This document shows positions 1-11,321 of a stretch of 37,503 nt of DNA, piece after piece. Origin of the DNA: Macrostomum lignano (taxonomy: Eukaryota); assembly GCA_002269645.1 (NCBI GenBank), contig NIVC01004703.1, forward strand, positions 1 to 37,503. Reading direction: 5' to 3'. The notes beneath the pieces are model-generated. The model was not told where the DNA came from. It did no database searches and saw nothing but the letters and a program-made list of their open reading frames with translations. The position numbers and the translations under genes were made by a program. Within the stretch, counting starts at the first letter, position 1. Every line of letters starts with the position of its first letter.

Positions 1-587
1 CTCGAGATGTCCAATACTGTCAGATTTTCAGTTTCCTTAGCGACCTCTCAAAACCCCAGCCTACGACCCTGAAGTTGAAAGTTGACATGAAAACCGATAT
101 TGCTAGGGTAGGCATTAGGTAGCTGGGCGTTTCTATTCGCCTGGGACAATCAAATTTCCTCTCCTTTGTCTGTAAACATCGCTATGAATCACATATCATT
201 TAGATTTATCCTGATGATGCCAACTGAAGCCAGTTTTGGACTCTATTGCATAATCAATCCTAATTTCAGAGCTTATCAAATCGGCTTCTTCAATTTCCTA
301 ACTTTTGTTATTCGATTTGCCACCCCAAGCCTTCGGTTCTCTTCAGCAAGGAGCCTTCAACGAACACAAGGACCAATGAGCAACTGCGAATCGCCATGCA
401 GCTTTTTGCACTGGCTTTCTGAACGGGCGAGGCAGGGTCCTGGACTGGACTGCATGGGCTGGGCTTGGCAAATCCGATGCGAAAGAAAATAAACGCGCAA
501 CAAGTGGGCTGAACTGAACGAACAGAGCTATCTATCAGTCTGCGAGATGATGGCGCTTGGGCCTCTGCCCGTTCAGCACAGATTAGC

Positions 588-634
588 CACACACACACAC
601 ACAACAGCTTTCTCTGAAGCTCTCTCTCTCTCTC
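588..634. repeat. (CA)n then (CT)n microsatellites
   Basis: Run of cacacacacacac at ~588-601 and ctctctctctctc at ~620-634. Confidence 0.8.
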
Positions 635-1025
635 CACCCTCTATCCTGCCTGCCTGCCTGTTAACTCTGTCCCGAGCTGAACTGCTGCAGACAAGCGTAC
701 TGCTGCAGCAAATTATTCAAGGGGGACCAGCTAACTGCAGCACTGATTGGAATTGCGGCCTGTACAAACAGTAATCTTCTGACCGATTGCCAGAGGCGTG
801 CGGTCGATTCCGGAATTGGGCAGTTTGTTTTAACTGCTGCTTCTAAGCAGAATCTCATTGTCGGTTTGGGAATGGGACAGCAATGTCTGATTCTTTAAGT
901 AAGGTGTCTGGCCCTGACTCAGCCTTTTCAGACGGTTTCTTAGGCACATGAAGATGGGGAGTTGCTTTTTATCGGCTACTGGGCCAACAGAGAAGGGCGA
1001 AGTCTTGAATCTTGAGAGATTCAAA

Positions 1026-1290
1026 GTCCCATCCCAAAGACTCCGGGAAGGAATCCAGGTCCCATCCCAGGAACTCCAGGAGGGAATCCAGGTCCCATCC
1101 CAGGAACTCCAGGAGGGAATCCAGGTCCCATCCCAGGAACTCCAGGAAGGAATCCAGGTCCCATCCCAGGAACTCCAGAAAGGAATCCAGGTCCCATGCA
1201 TCCCAAGGACTTCAGAAAGGAATACAGGCCCCATAACTCCCATCCCTGCCCTGGCATCCCAGAAACTCCAGGAAGGAATCCAGGTCCCAG
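1026..1290. repeat. 33-bp minisatellite (GTCCCATCCCAGGAACTCCAGGAGGGAATCCAG), about 5 good copies plus decayed ones
   Basis: Unit read directly; the 11-aa period of the overlapping ORFs (GIQVPSQELQE) matches 33 bp. Confidence 0.9.
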
Positions 1291-2806
1291 GTTCCGAGAA
1301 TTGCATGTCCAAGAATTCCAGGTTAAAATAAAGGTAGTTCACAGAGATTTGAAGCCCATCAGTTTTAAAGATTCCAATTACCATAAATCAATCTCGGGGG
1401 TTCCAGATCCCACTGCAGGGAATTCCAGAAATCTAGGTCCCATTCCAGAAATTCGAATTCTCTTTTCTCGATCTCAGGGGATTCTAGGTCACAAAGCAGG
1501 GATGGGACCTAGGATGGGATCGATACAAGCATGTATTGATGTATGATATTAGGAATTCCTTTTCTAAGGATTTTAGTACTAAGGGATTTCTAGTCGTTCA
1601 GTTCAAAGATAATCAGTCTTCAAGTTCCAATAAGTATTTATCACGCATCTTAGCAATCCCAGATCTTCAGATATACTCGTAAAGGATTTGAATCTTTAAG
1701 TAGATCAAACAGAAGCCGCTGCTCTGCTTATATAATAAAACTTACCAACCAGTCTTGTGGGCGACAGCTGCCAAAGCAGCTGTTTCTGGCTGTTCAACAG
1801 CACTTGGACTTGGCATCCTGCTTTTTTGCACAGGTAATTACCGGTATTTCAGCGATCACCTAGTGCTAGACGGGTATTTAGCGGCCATTACTAAAAAATT
1901 GTGTGCTTCGTGTCACGGCTTCGGGTTCCCCCCCCCCGTCTGGGGGTTGAAATACGCTCGTAAAACGGGGGATCGGAGCTTAGATGGCCCCGGGAGCGGG
2001 GGCCCGGGCCAATGTACATCCGGGAGCTTTTAAAAAAACCGGCCTTTCCCGACCCGAAAATAAGCTGCACACACACACACGCACACACCCCGAGGTCCAA
2101 TTATTTTGGGGGGAGCTCCAGCACAATGTGAATCCTTCTTTTTAGACGGGGAGAAAAAAGTCTCGGAAACACTCCGCTCCCCCTCCCCTTCACTGAGTGG
2201 AGCACTGGGGAAGAGGGTTATTGGGGTTGCGATGCCAGTAGGAAGTTATGGAAACAGAGCGTACATTCCTTGCCGCAAAACCAGTTTACTCTCTTGTTGG
2301 AAAGCCGTCAGTCAATCAATCTAGCGCAGGATTTTGTCCCACCGGAAAGCCTAGGAGTAGTCCGAAGGGATCGGGGAGAGACTTACTGACCGAGAAATGG
2401 CTTGTCAGAGAGTACTAGGCTCTTCAAGAATCGAGTCTGGACCCCTAGATCACTTCCAGCTGGGTGAGTCATTCATTTTAGTTGATCGAGGCACAATTTG
2501 AGCCAATTGATTGGGAAATTTTCACCGCGATTCCAAGCAACACTCATAGATATCGGCTCGATATGCAGGCATGTAGATCTGACAATAGATGTAGGGGTTA
2601 TCAGGAGTTCTAGGAATGCTACAAGCTAAAGTGTCAGACATTCGGACGTCAAATATTAGGACAGTTGCAAGACGACATTTGACTGTCAGATTTTCCGATG
2701 TCAGATAGTGTGTCTGATATAAGAGTGTCATCTAAGCTTTGGCTACCTAACACTGTATTAGGTTGGCAATTGTTAGTCCAATAGTAGGAAAAAAGGTCCC
2801 GCTCAC

Positions 2807-2943
2807 CCCGACACCACTGGTACCCGCTGAGGCGGCACATTGTCTCGTCCAGTGATGTAGTTCTCCGGCGGCGTCAGCGTCTCGGGCTCCTTGTACTGGC
2901 TCATGTAGGAGCTGGGCTCGATCTGCTCCATTACGGCCGACTC
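2807..2943 (-). CDS. Ank: Ankyrin exon, end of the ANK-ZU5 linker (ESAVMEQ...RVPVVSG)
   Basis: Acceptor tgtgcag|GAG (phase 0, matches the 3200 donor) and donor GG|gtgagc (phase 2). PVVSG corresponds to the PVHSG-like motif just before ZU5 in ankyrins. Confidence 0.85.
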
Positions 2944-3199
2944 CTGCACAAGTTGGCAGAGGTTGGCATTTTGTTTTTCTTCAAATTCTAATAATTGAAC
3001 GTGCAGTTTCACTGCCTGACAGATTTCCAGACCAAGTCTGTACGCGAACTGAGAGAAAGTACACAATTATGGTCTCATGACACATGCAAAATGTAAGCAA
3101 AGCTGCAGATTCAACAGCACAAATCTGACCTTTTTGACACGCTTTGGTCTATCCACCCGCTAAAGCCAGGGAACCCTAACAAAACCATCGGCCACTCAC

Positions 3200-3267
3200 C
3201 TTTTGCGATGACAGAGTTCCAATCTTTTCGATGTCATTTGTGGTCTCGTCCACGCTGGCTGCGTCGC
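3200..3267 (-). CDS. Ank: Ankyrin 68-nt linker exon (GDAASVDETTNDIEKIGTLSSQK)
   Basis: Acceptor catttgcag|GC and donor AAG|gtgagt. It converts phase 1 to phase 0, which is needed to join the 6494 and 5324 donors to the 2943 acceptor. Too short for the ORF track. Confidence 0.8.
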
Positions 3268-3856
3268 CTGCAAATGCAGCGGTTGAGTCTAATCAAGATT
3301 TCTCCATGTAGAAACCAATAGCTTGGATCAAAGAACAGCAATCTTTGTTTGTTGCTGAAGTGTACAATCAATTTTTAGCAAATCAGGCTGTGCAAGTTGC
3401 GATATTGATTAAATTTTAATGTAAAATAATCACGATAAAATCAAGCCAATTATCTTATCCCTGCTCAACATCGACTGTGCAGAAAAAAACTTGTTGATGG
3501 CTACAGAAAATCAAGCAAAAAACTGTCACCGCAGCGTCATTTCATGCAAATTTAACTCTAAAATCCTGAGTTGTTACACACATCAAGTTGTTCAGCTGCA
3601 AGCGGCTTAAAGAACTCATCTCTCGACATTAACAAAACTAAAAGTACGCCACGCCACGAAACGGTTTAGGAATTCCACACGGAGGCGCACAGCTGCCTCG
3701 GGTGTTTCCTTCTCAAACGGAGGTTTGGCAACAATTTGACGAGACACAATAGCAGCAAGCATGGACACCTCAATAAAGACCATGCAAATCGTGACGGGCG
3801 GGACTAAGTTGATAGGATTCTTGATGCTGATGATGCCGCCACTGCTGGGACTTTAC

Positions 3857-4012
3857 CAGGTCGCGATGATGCAACGGCTGTCACCACTTGTCGCCTTGTC
3901 TCGGAGCCGGCTGACGAGGCCCGACCAACCGCCGGACGCTCCGAGGCGGACTCGTCCGGACGGGAGAATATGGGCGACGCGGGCAGCTGGGTGAAGTCGT
4001 CCGACTGTTGCG
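3857..4012 (-). CDS. Candidate ankyrin cassette exon, Ser/Ala/Arg-rich (AQQSDDFTQLPASPIFSRPDE...SRPG)
   Basis: GC-rich open frame (ORF 3804..4046), acceptor aacccag|CG, donor CCTG|gtaaag, symmetric phase 1-1, 156 nt. No homology that I can recognise. Confidence 0.4.
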
Positions 4013-4403
4013 CTGGGTTCGATGCGCGACGGGAATTTTTGTGCATAGCGTATTATTTTCGGGAAATCGTGGGGTGGGGTAACACACAGAGAGCCATTTA
4101 TGTGTTGCGTAACAGGTTAGCGGTACAAAGATTATGTTATTGAAAGATTATCGTAGATGGGTTAGGCACCGAATATTTTGGAATCTAATTTTAGAAAGGC
4201 TTTTTACGAGCGTAGTTACATGGGGAATTAAATATGTACGGGTAATTTGCTTAATTGTTATTTAATTCAAGTGACCCATCCAATTCGCGTTCATTTCAGC
4301 TCAATCGGGAATGTTAAGAGCACCTGGCGCCCGTTGTTAGCTCCTGCCAGCAGCGCTGTTAGCTTGGTTAGCACTCTGCAAACTGCATCAGCTGGTTGTT
4401 TAC

Positions 4404-4832
4404 CGATGAAAGGCACTGGCTCCAATTGATCTTTGTCTTTGGGCGGATTTGGAGTAGAAGGCGGCTGCAGCTTCGGCACACTCTGATTCGTTGGAACCTC
4501 GTCAGCAACCGGTATCCCATCTTCCTCAGCCTGACCAGCAGCTTCCGCTTCAAATTTAGCGTCAAGTCCGGCAGCTTCGACAAATAATTGCTTGTCTACT
4601 GGCGGTGCCTGCTGCGGCTGGGTGACAAACACGTCATCCTCATCATCGTTGTCTTCTCCATCTACAGCCGATCCCTCTTCGGGAATTGTTGGCTGCTGCT
4701 GCGGCTGCTGCAGAGCCAAATTGCTGACTGTGGAAGCGTAGAACGGGCTGGTGAGGAGCAGCTCTGTGCTGCCAGCCGGTTGCATGCTCTCGTCTTCCTG
4801 CTGGCTGGGGCCCGTGGCCTCAATCACCGACT
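4404..4832 (-). CDS. Candidate ankyrin cassette exon, acidic and Q/P-rich, probably disordered (ESVIEATG...EPVPFIG)
   Basis: GC-rich 201-codon ORF (4291..4896) with protein-like composition, acceptor accgcag|AG, donor ATCG|gtaaac, phase 1-1, 429 nt. Boundaries are uncertain; without this donor the frame runs to a stop at 4291. Confidence 0.55.
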
Positions 4833-5323
4833 CTGCGGTTGGTCGGTCGCGTTTTCGGGAGGTAAAGCCAAATTTGGTTGATGGTTTCTGCATCAATGTT
4901 ATTATGTATTTTTAAGAGTGCAGAGCTGGGTTACGTTTGTTTACTTTATATCGCCAAACTCTTGAAATTAATGTTTTTTATTAACCACACCATACACGCC
5001 AATGACTACTCGTCAGTAGAGCGGAGCACAATGCGCAGTAGGTTATGCATCTATCACAGATTTTAAGTCGATTATTGGCGTGTTAATTATTATTATTATT
5101 TTGGTTAGATTACTAATTTGTTTGATCGTCAGTGAATTTTAATTATTGTTTTAGCACTAAACTTGATTTCGGCAATTTAAACTGTCCAGCAGGTGTCAAT
5201 CATTCCGCATTTTTTTCTAAAAATACGTGTCTATCCTTGATTAGATTTTTAGAGAAAAACAATCATTGCTGGTCGTGTTAAGCTTGCTATATTTAGTCAG
5301 CGCCAGTTCGAGCTTAAAAGTAC

Positions 5324-5509
5324 CCAGCCTGCCGGTGGTGTACTGCATCTCATCCTTGAGATAGTCGGCGCTGCTGCTCCACTCATTGTAAGAGTCCGAG
5401 CGCATCAGGGTGGTCGCATTGAGCCGACTGCCGTCCTCCAGCACAGAGTCCAGCTGCTGGTGCTCGGGGCGGGAGGCCCAGTCCTTCAGTCGGGGCCTCG
5501 GCATGGTCG
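5324..5509 (-). CDS. Ank: Ankyrin linker exon (ATMPRPRLKDW...RSDSYNEWSSSADYLKDEMQYTTGRLG)
   Basis: Acceptor ttcgaag|CG, donor CTGG|gtactt (weak), phase 1-1, 186 nt. GC-rich island; RSDS...YLKD loosely recalls the vertebrate ankyrin linker. Confidence 0.65.
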
Positions 5510-5940
5510 CTTCGAAGTTTACAACGGGTGTCGATTCGCAGTTTTACTGACAATTTACTCACACGTGCTACTCTACTCATAGTAGTTTATAAATAGTTTT
5601 CCGAATTCAGGAATAGGAAACTCGAGAGTAAAAAATTTAAATAGCATTCAACCGGATAACCTGTGTGCTGACGATACCGAAGCAATTAAAACTAGTTTTA
5701 ATGTAAGAAAAATTCGAAAGCTAAATAAAAATACCGTCTGTCAGGTTTGACGACACTTGACGCTCGCTTTTTAATAAATTTGGGAGCCTGGCGACTGCAA
5801 AAAACAGATGATTTTAGTGGAGATGCTTGTCTTTGGCCATGGACATGGCCAGTAAAAGCGATGGGGGGACATGACAATTCTTTGTCCTCCCCCACCCCCA
5901 TCTTGTGACCCGTTGTGGGAAATTATTAATTTTGTTTCAC

Positions 5941-6111
5941 GGCGCTAAAATAGCTCCTGCGGCGCTAAAACGAGTGTTTGCTGCGCTAAAATCAGTGCTG
6001 ACAACACCGATTCTCAAAATAATGTACATGTAGGAATTTCGTCATTTACCTGTACATGTAAAATCTTTTGGCTTTGTTACCCCACCATAAAATCCATGGC
6101 CGACGCCCCAG
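5941..6111 (-). mobile_element. Dispersed repeat end with ~3 degenerate 21-bp units; inverted homolog of 22550-22700
   Basis: GCTGACAACACCGATTCTCAAAATAATGTACATGT and GGCTTTGTTACCCCACCATAAAATCCATGGC closely match the reverse complement of 22558-22645. The preceding GGCGCTAAAA units match the 21-bp satellite on its minus strand. Confidence 0.8.
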
Positions 6112-6493
6112 AAAACAACCTGTGAGAAACTTTCTCAGAGTAAAGAGTAGTGGAGGCAAAAAAGGACACGGAACAGCTGACACGGCTCATCGGGAGAAAT
6201 GATGGACAGGTCTGGTCGGGGTTGGGGTTTTAATAATCCGCAAGCAGCTTTGCCGACCCGGCGGTGAAGGCACGTCGGGATTGAATGCCACGCCGTGCTA
6301 TTCCCGAAATCAGGATTGAACGCAATAAAGCGGTGCATCCTCTTTCCCGTATTCCCTATTCTGTCTGGGGGAATGCTCTCCTGGCATTAACTATTCCTGT
6401 TAGATATTGTAGCGTGAAGAAAATCGTCCAAGATGCCTTTTACCGCAGAGCGCCCTATCAAGACCCTTCCTGATCCTGATTTCAATAACTCAC

Positions 6494-6677
6494 CAGCTTC
6501 GTCATCTGACTCGGACATGACGTGCTCGGCCACTGTGTCCGGCTTGCTGATCTCGATAGTCTCCTCGAGGATGATCTCCTCCTCCCAGTTTTCGATGATG
6601 GTGGTCACGCGACGAAGCAGCTCGAAGATGTTGATGTAGTTTTGCTTCTTGGCGATGTGGGCCGGGGTCCAGTTGCG
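6494..6677 (-). CDS. Ank: Ankyrin exon: ANK repeat 24 and start of the linker (RNWTPAHIAKKQNYINIFELLRRVT...KPDTVAEHVMSESDDEA)
   Basis: Acceptor atgcag|CGC (phase 0), donor GCTG|gtgagt (phase 1). Aligns by eye with vertebrate GYISVVDTLKVVT...VPETMTEVLDVSDEEG. Confidence 0.92.
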
Positions 6678-6797
6678 CTGCATGGAATGGAGGTTCAGGT
6701 TTTGCCAGTTTGGAATGATTCAATGCGTCTTGGCTGGATCGCATTTCCTAGGAACAAGCCTAGAAACCAAGCTAGAAGAAATCTACTACAGAACATT

Positions 6798-7566
6798 GAA
6801 GACAACCCACTACAAGAATGCGGAAGACAACCCACTGCTACAAGAACAGGGAAGACAGCCCACTGCTACAAGAACATGGAAGACAACCCACTGCTACAAG
6901 AACGGGGAAGGCAACCCACTGCTACAAGGACAGGGAAGACAACCCACTGCTACAAGGATAGGGAAGGCAACCCACTGCTACAAGAACAGGGAAGACAACC
7001 CACTGCTACAAGAACAGGGAAGACAACCCACTGCTACAAGAACAGGGAAGACAACCCACTGCTACAAGAACAGGGAAGACAACCCACTACAAGAATGCGG
7101 AAGACAACCCACTGCTACAAGAACAGGGAAGACAACCCACTACAAGAATGCGGAAGACAACCCACTGCTACAAGAACAGGGAAGACAACCCACTGCTACA
7201 AGAACAGGGAAGGCAACCCACTGCTACAAGGATAGGGAAGGCAACCCACTGCTACAAGGACAGGGAAGACAACCCACTGCTACAAGAACAGGGAAGACAA
7301 CCCACTGCTACAAGAACAGGGAAGACAACCCACTGCTACAAGAACAGGGAAGACAACCCACTACTACAAGAACAGGGAAGACAACCCACTACTACAAGAA
7401 CACGAAAGACAACCCACTGCTACAAGAACAGGGAAGGCAACCCACTGCTAGAAGAACACGGAAGACAACCAACCCACTACTATAAGAACAGGGAAGACAA
7501 CCCACTGCTAGAAGAACACGGAAGACAACCCACTACTACAATAACACGGAGAACAACCCACTACAA
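6798..7566. repeat. 28-bp minisatellite (ACAACCCACTGCTACAAGAACAGGGAAG), ~28 copies with 25-bp variants, intronic
   Basis: Unit read directly; the 28-aa (84-nt) period in the overlapping ORFs is three units. Confidence 0.95.
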
Positions 7567-8262
7567 AGTAAACTGCTCACGTTAGAACACTAAAAACAAA
7601 ATGAAGCCAATTCTCCCACAGTATTGACGATTGAAGCCACAAGACCGGCAAGAAGACCCGGAAAGGGAAAAAGGCTACAGCTGAAGCTGTTCGACGGGTG
7701 AAGGAAGTCCCTCATCCCGTTTAGTTTCTGTTTACAGTGTGCCTGCGTCGTCCCCTCTCTTTATGATGCATGGAAAAAAGAAAGTGGGAGACGGTTCAGG
7801 ATGAGAGTGACAGGGTCGGTAGCAGCATATCGGGAAGGAGATTTTGCTCGCTCGTCCCTTCCCTCGGGTCAGAAGCAGCCTGATGTCGAGGACAGCTGAC
7901 TGACTGCCTCGGGAAAAGAGAAAAAGGCGAGGGTCAGCAGGCAAGGCATTTACATTTTTTAGACTGGAAAATAGGGAAGCAACAGCAGAGCAACTTCGCC
8001 CTGCGTCGCGGTAATGCATTTGGCCTGAAATTTTCGCCTTTCTATTGCCAAGCCAATGGTCTCCTTTTGCACGGATCGGTTCAGAATACAGCCAGCACAC
8101 CTGCTGTCTGAAATAGTAGAGTATGGGTCCTAATGTGCTAATTCCCATCCCTCATGGCTATAATGCTACCCAGAACAGGAACATACTGCGGTGACATGCT
8201 TCAGTCAGGCATTAAACTTCAGGACCAAGAGAAAGAGAGCGCGTTGTGAAGCGCGAGCTCAC

Positions 8263-9009
8263 CGAATTCCTCAAGTTGGGATCGGCTCCGGCCTCCAGCA
8301 GCAGCGAAACCACCTGCAGGTGTCCCTGCTGAGCGGCTACGTGCAGCGGCGTGAACTGCTGCTGGGTCAGTGCGTTGGCTCCCGCACCCTGGCGCAGCAG
8401 GAACTTCACCATTGCCGCCTGTCCGAAGAAGCTCGCGGTGTGCAGGGGCGTGTAGCCAGCCTTGGTGTGCGGGTCCACCTGCCCTCCGTGCTGCACAACC
8501 AGCACCTCTGCTGCTGGCACCCTGTCCTCCTGGGCGGCCAGGTGCAAAGGTGTGATGCCATTGTGCGACGCCTGGTCGACACCGGCACCGCGAGAGCACA
8601 GCAGAGCGCACATCTCGGCGCGGCCCTCTTGAGCGGCCAGGTGCAACGGAGCGAAGCCGCTCTTGGATTCGGCGCGAGGATTGGCGCCAGCAGAGAGCAG
8701 CTGACCAGCCAAGTCCAGGTGGTTCTTCCTAGACGCGATGTGCAGCGGAGTGTAGCCATTGCTGGCTACGCAGTTCGGGTTGGCCTTGGCCTCCAGCAGC
8801 GTGGCGGTGACTGCCGTGCGGTTGTAGTGCGCGGCCAGATGCAGCGGCGTCAAGCCATTGCGACCGCGCGCGTTCGGATCGGCCCCGCGGCTTAGCAGCA
8901 CTTTAGCGACTCCGGCTTTGTCGTACTTGGCGGCGTTGTGCAACGGCGTGGCGCCTTTCTTTGTGGTCAGCTGTAGGCTGGCCTTGTGGTCCAACAGCAG
9001 GGTGGCGAC
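8263..9009 (-). CDS. Ank: Ankyrin exon, ANK repeats 16 (part) to 23
   Basis: TPLHxAA repeats in ORF 8212..8994; acceptor ccccaag|GTC, donor TCG|gtgagc, phase 0-0, 747 nt; a 76-nt intron (9010-9085) lies upstream. Confidence 0.97.
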
Positions 9010-9085
9010 CTTGGGGAGAGAAATTTTGATGAAAATAAAAGCAGCATATGATCCCTGAGTTTAGTAAGCGAGCGAATTTTCTCAC

Positions 9086-9931
9086 CTCTTCGTGACCTTC
9101 CCTGGCAGCCACGTGCAGCGCCGTGTAGTTGTCCTTGCAAGTGGCGTCCGGACTCGCGCCAGACTGAAGCAGCAGCGCCACGATCTCCGCGTTGCCCAGC
9201 CGGCTGGCTACATGCAGCGGCGTCTGGTTATCCTTAGCCCGAGCGTCCGGCTGGGCGCCGCAGCGCAGAAGCGCACGTGACGCTTCCAGCTGACCGCTGC
9301 GCACGGACAGATGAAGTGGCGTCTCCGTCCGCACGGTGAGGCTGTTTACGTTCGCGCCGTGCTGCAGCAGAAGCAACGCGACGCTGTTGTGCCCCATGAA
9401 GGCGGCCACGTGCAGCGGCGTCAGCCCGGACTCCGTAGCCGCCTCTACAGCGCAGCCGAACTGCAGCAGCAGCTCGATGACCCGGATGCGATTCTTCTTG
9501 CACGCGATGTGCAGCGGCGTGAAGCCGTTCAGAGCCCGGGCGTTGACCATGCAGCGGTGGTCCAGCAGCAGCTTGGCCACGCGGGTGTAGCCGCAGTGGG
9601 CGGCAACATGCAGCGGCGTCAGCAGGTCGATGGTGGTGTCATCTAAGTTGGCTCCCCGGGTCAGCAGCAGCCGGGCGCAGTCAACGTGGTCGCCCTGAGT
9701 GGCCATGTGCAGAGGGCTCAGGCCGCTGCGCGACTTCAGCCCGAAGCTGGCGTTACTGCCCAGCAGCTGGTCGACCACGGCGTACTGGCCGGAGCGGGAT
9801 GCGCAGTGCAACGGCGTGAGGCCGTCCCGGGTTTTGCAGTCGACCTCGGCGCCGTGTTCCAGCAGCTTCTGCACCACCGGAAGCATGCCCCACTTGGCGG
9901 CCACGTGCAGCGGTGTGATGTTGTTCCGAGC
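9086..9931 (-). CDS. Ank: Ankyrin exon, ANK repeats 8 to 16 (part)
   Basis: ARNNITPLHVAAKWG...GHEE in ORF 8903..10000; acceptor ctccaag|GCT, donor GAG|gtgaga, 846 nt. Confidence 0.97.
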
Positions 9932-10745
9932 CTTGGAGTTCGAGCAATTGAATGCTTGTTTAGCCATATAAATAAAATCTGCATTCGTTGTGCGCAACAC
10001 CTTCGGTCACTTTGTGCAAACAGTTCTCACCGCACTCTCCCGGGGTGTACAGAGTTCCTTTGCTGTCTAGTTTTCAGGAAAGTACACAATAGCCGTGCCT
10101 CAAGGCGTCGGCCCTCGGAGTCGTTAAATGAGCTAGAAAAACCCAATGTTACTACTCTAAAAGTTTGGACTTTCTATTGTGTGGACACACCTGGAATCAA
10201 TCACGAAGTCCCGTGCTGTGAAGCTAGGAACTAGCAGTCAAGAGTCAAAAGTTTATAAAACTAATGTAGGTAGAATCCGTCTCTTTTATATATGATCGGA
10301 CTCCTTGCCCTCGAACTTCAAGAGTCTTGAAGTGTCTTTCTAATAACACGGGCCCGGGTCCTCCTCCACACGTTAACGATGCGAAGCAGCTCTGCCCACA
10401 AGCTTGGCCTAAGTCAAGGCTTAGTAGCTCCTAGCACAGCCATCACTAAGCTAACATTTGACAAGATGGATCGGATGCGCAAGCTACAGATTTGTTCATG
10501 TAATCGCGCCAACATTGGCGTCATGAAGAAGCCTCAAGTTTGCAGCAAGGCCGAACACTGCCAACCTGAAGGCTAGTGCCTACTGCAACAGAATGAAGCC
10601 AATTCTTGCGTGATCAAACAGCTCGCAACAGATACAAGTGACGTGATTGAGCCTTCAACCTCAATGCACCTGAGCATATTAGGTTTGGAAAACCTCAGAA
10701 CTCATGCCACTTGAGGCTGTCAGTCAGATTAACTTCCTCACTCAC

Positions 10746-11321
10746 CTGGAAATTCACATCGGCGCCCTTCTCGATGAGCAGAGCAGCCACGCCCAGCGAG
10801 CCGTAGTGCGCGGCGATGTGCAGCGCGGTGAAGCCGCTGCCAGCCTGATGGTTCGGGTTGCTGTCCGACGTCAGAAGCAGCGTTGCTGAACGGACGTCGT
10901 CCTTCTTGGCAGCAACGTGTAGAGCCGGCATGCGAGAGCGGCCGCGACTGTCGTTCTCCAACAGGATGGCGACGACCTTCTCGTGGCCCTGCTGCAGCGC
11001 CACAGCCAGTGGCGTGAATCCGTCGGTGGTGGCCAGAGTTTGCGAGGCGCCCGAGGCCAGGAGAAACTTCACAACGTCGACGTGGTTCTCCTGGGAGGCC
11101 ATGTACAGCGGAGTGAATCCGTTCTGCGACTGGCAGTTCACCTTGGCGTCCTTTTCGATTAGCAGTTTCACCACCTCGAGCTGGCCGGCCAGGCAGGCGA
11201 TGTGCAGCGCCGTGTTGCCCTTCTTGGTGCACGCATCCGGGTCGGCATTGCGCATCAGCAGCTCGCGCACGACAGCGGTGTGACCCTCCTTCGAGGCCAG
11301 GTGTAGCGCATTGAGACCGTT
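10746..11321 (-). CDS. Ank: Ankyrin exon, ANK repeats 2 to 7
   Basis: [14 protein letters not shown]...GADVNFQ, including the ankyrin-typical short repeat 5/6 junction ([14 protein letters not shown]); acceptor ccatcag|AAC, donor CAG|gtgagt, 576 nt. Confidence 0.97.

Noticed and set aside
1-2806. Next ankyrin exon (ZU5, FLVSF.VDARGG-like)
   Set aside because: No such peptide found on the minus strand in the ORF track or by eye, so it is assumed to lie left of the window. A small or divergent exon could have been missed.
6522-7585. Long plus-strand ORFs (237, 278 and 145 aa)
   Set aside because: They are translations of the 28-bp array inside an ankyrin intron, open in several frames.
10315-10333. 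Perfect 19-bp palindrome ACTTCAAGA-G-TCTTGAAGT
   Set aside because: Isolated, with no second copy or element boundary seen; not enough to assign a function.
8191-11283. Plus-strand and off-frame ORFs overlapping the ankyrin exons
   Set aside because: Shadow ORFs of GC-rich coding sequence with no recognisable domain.
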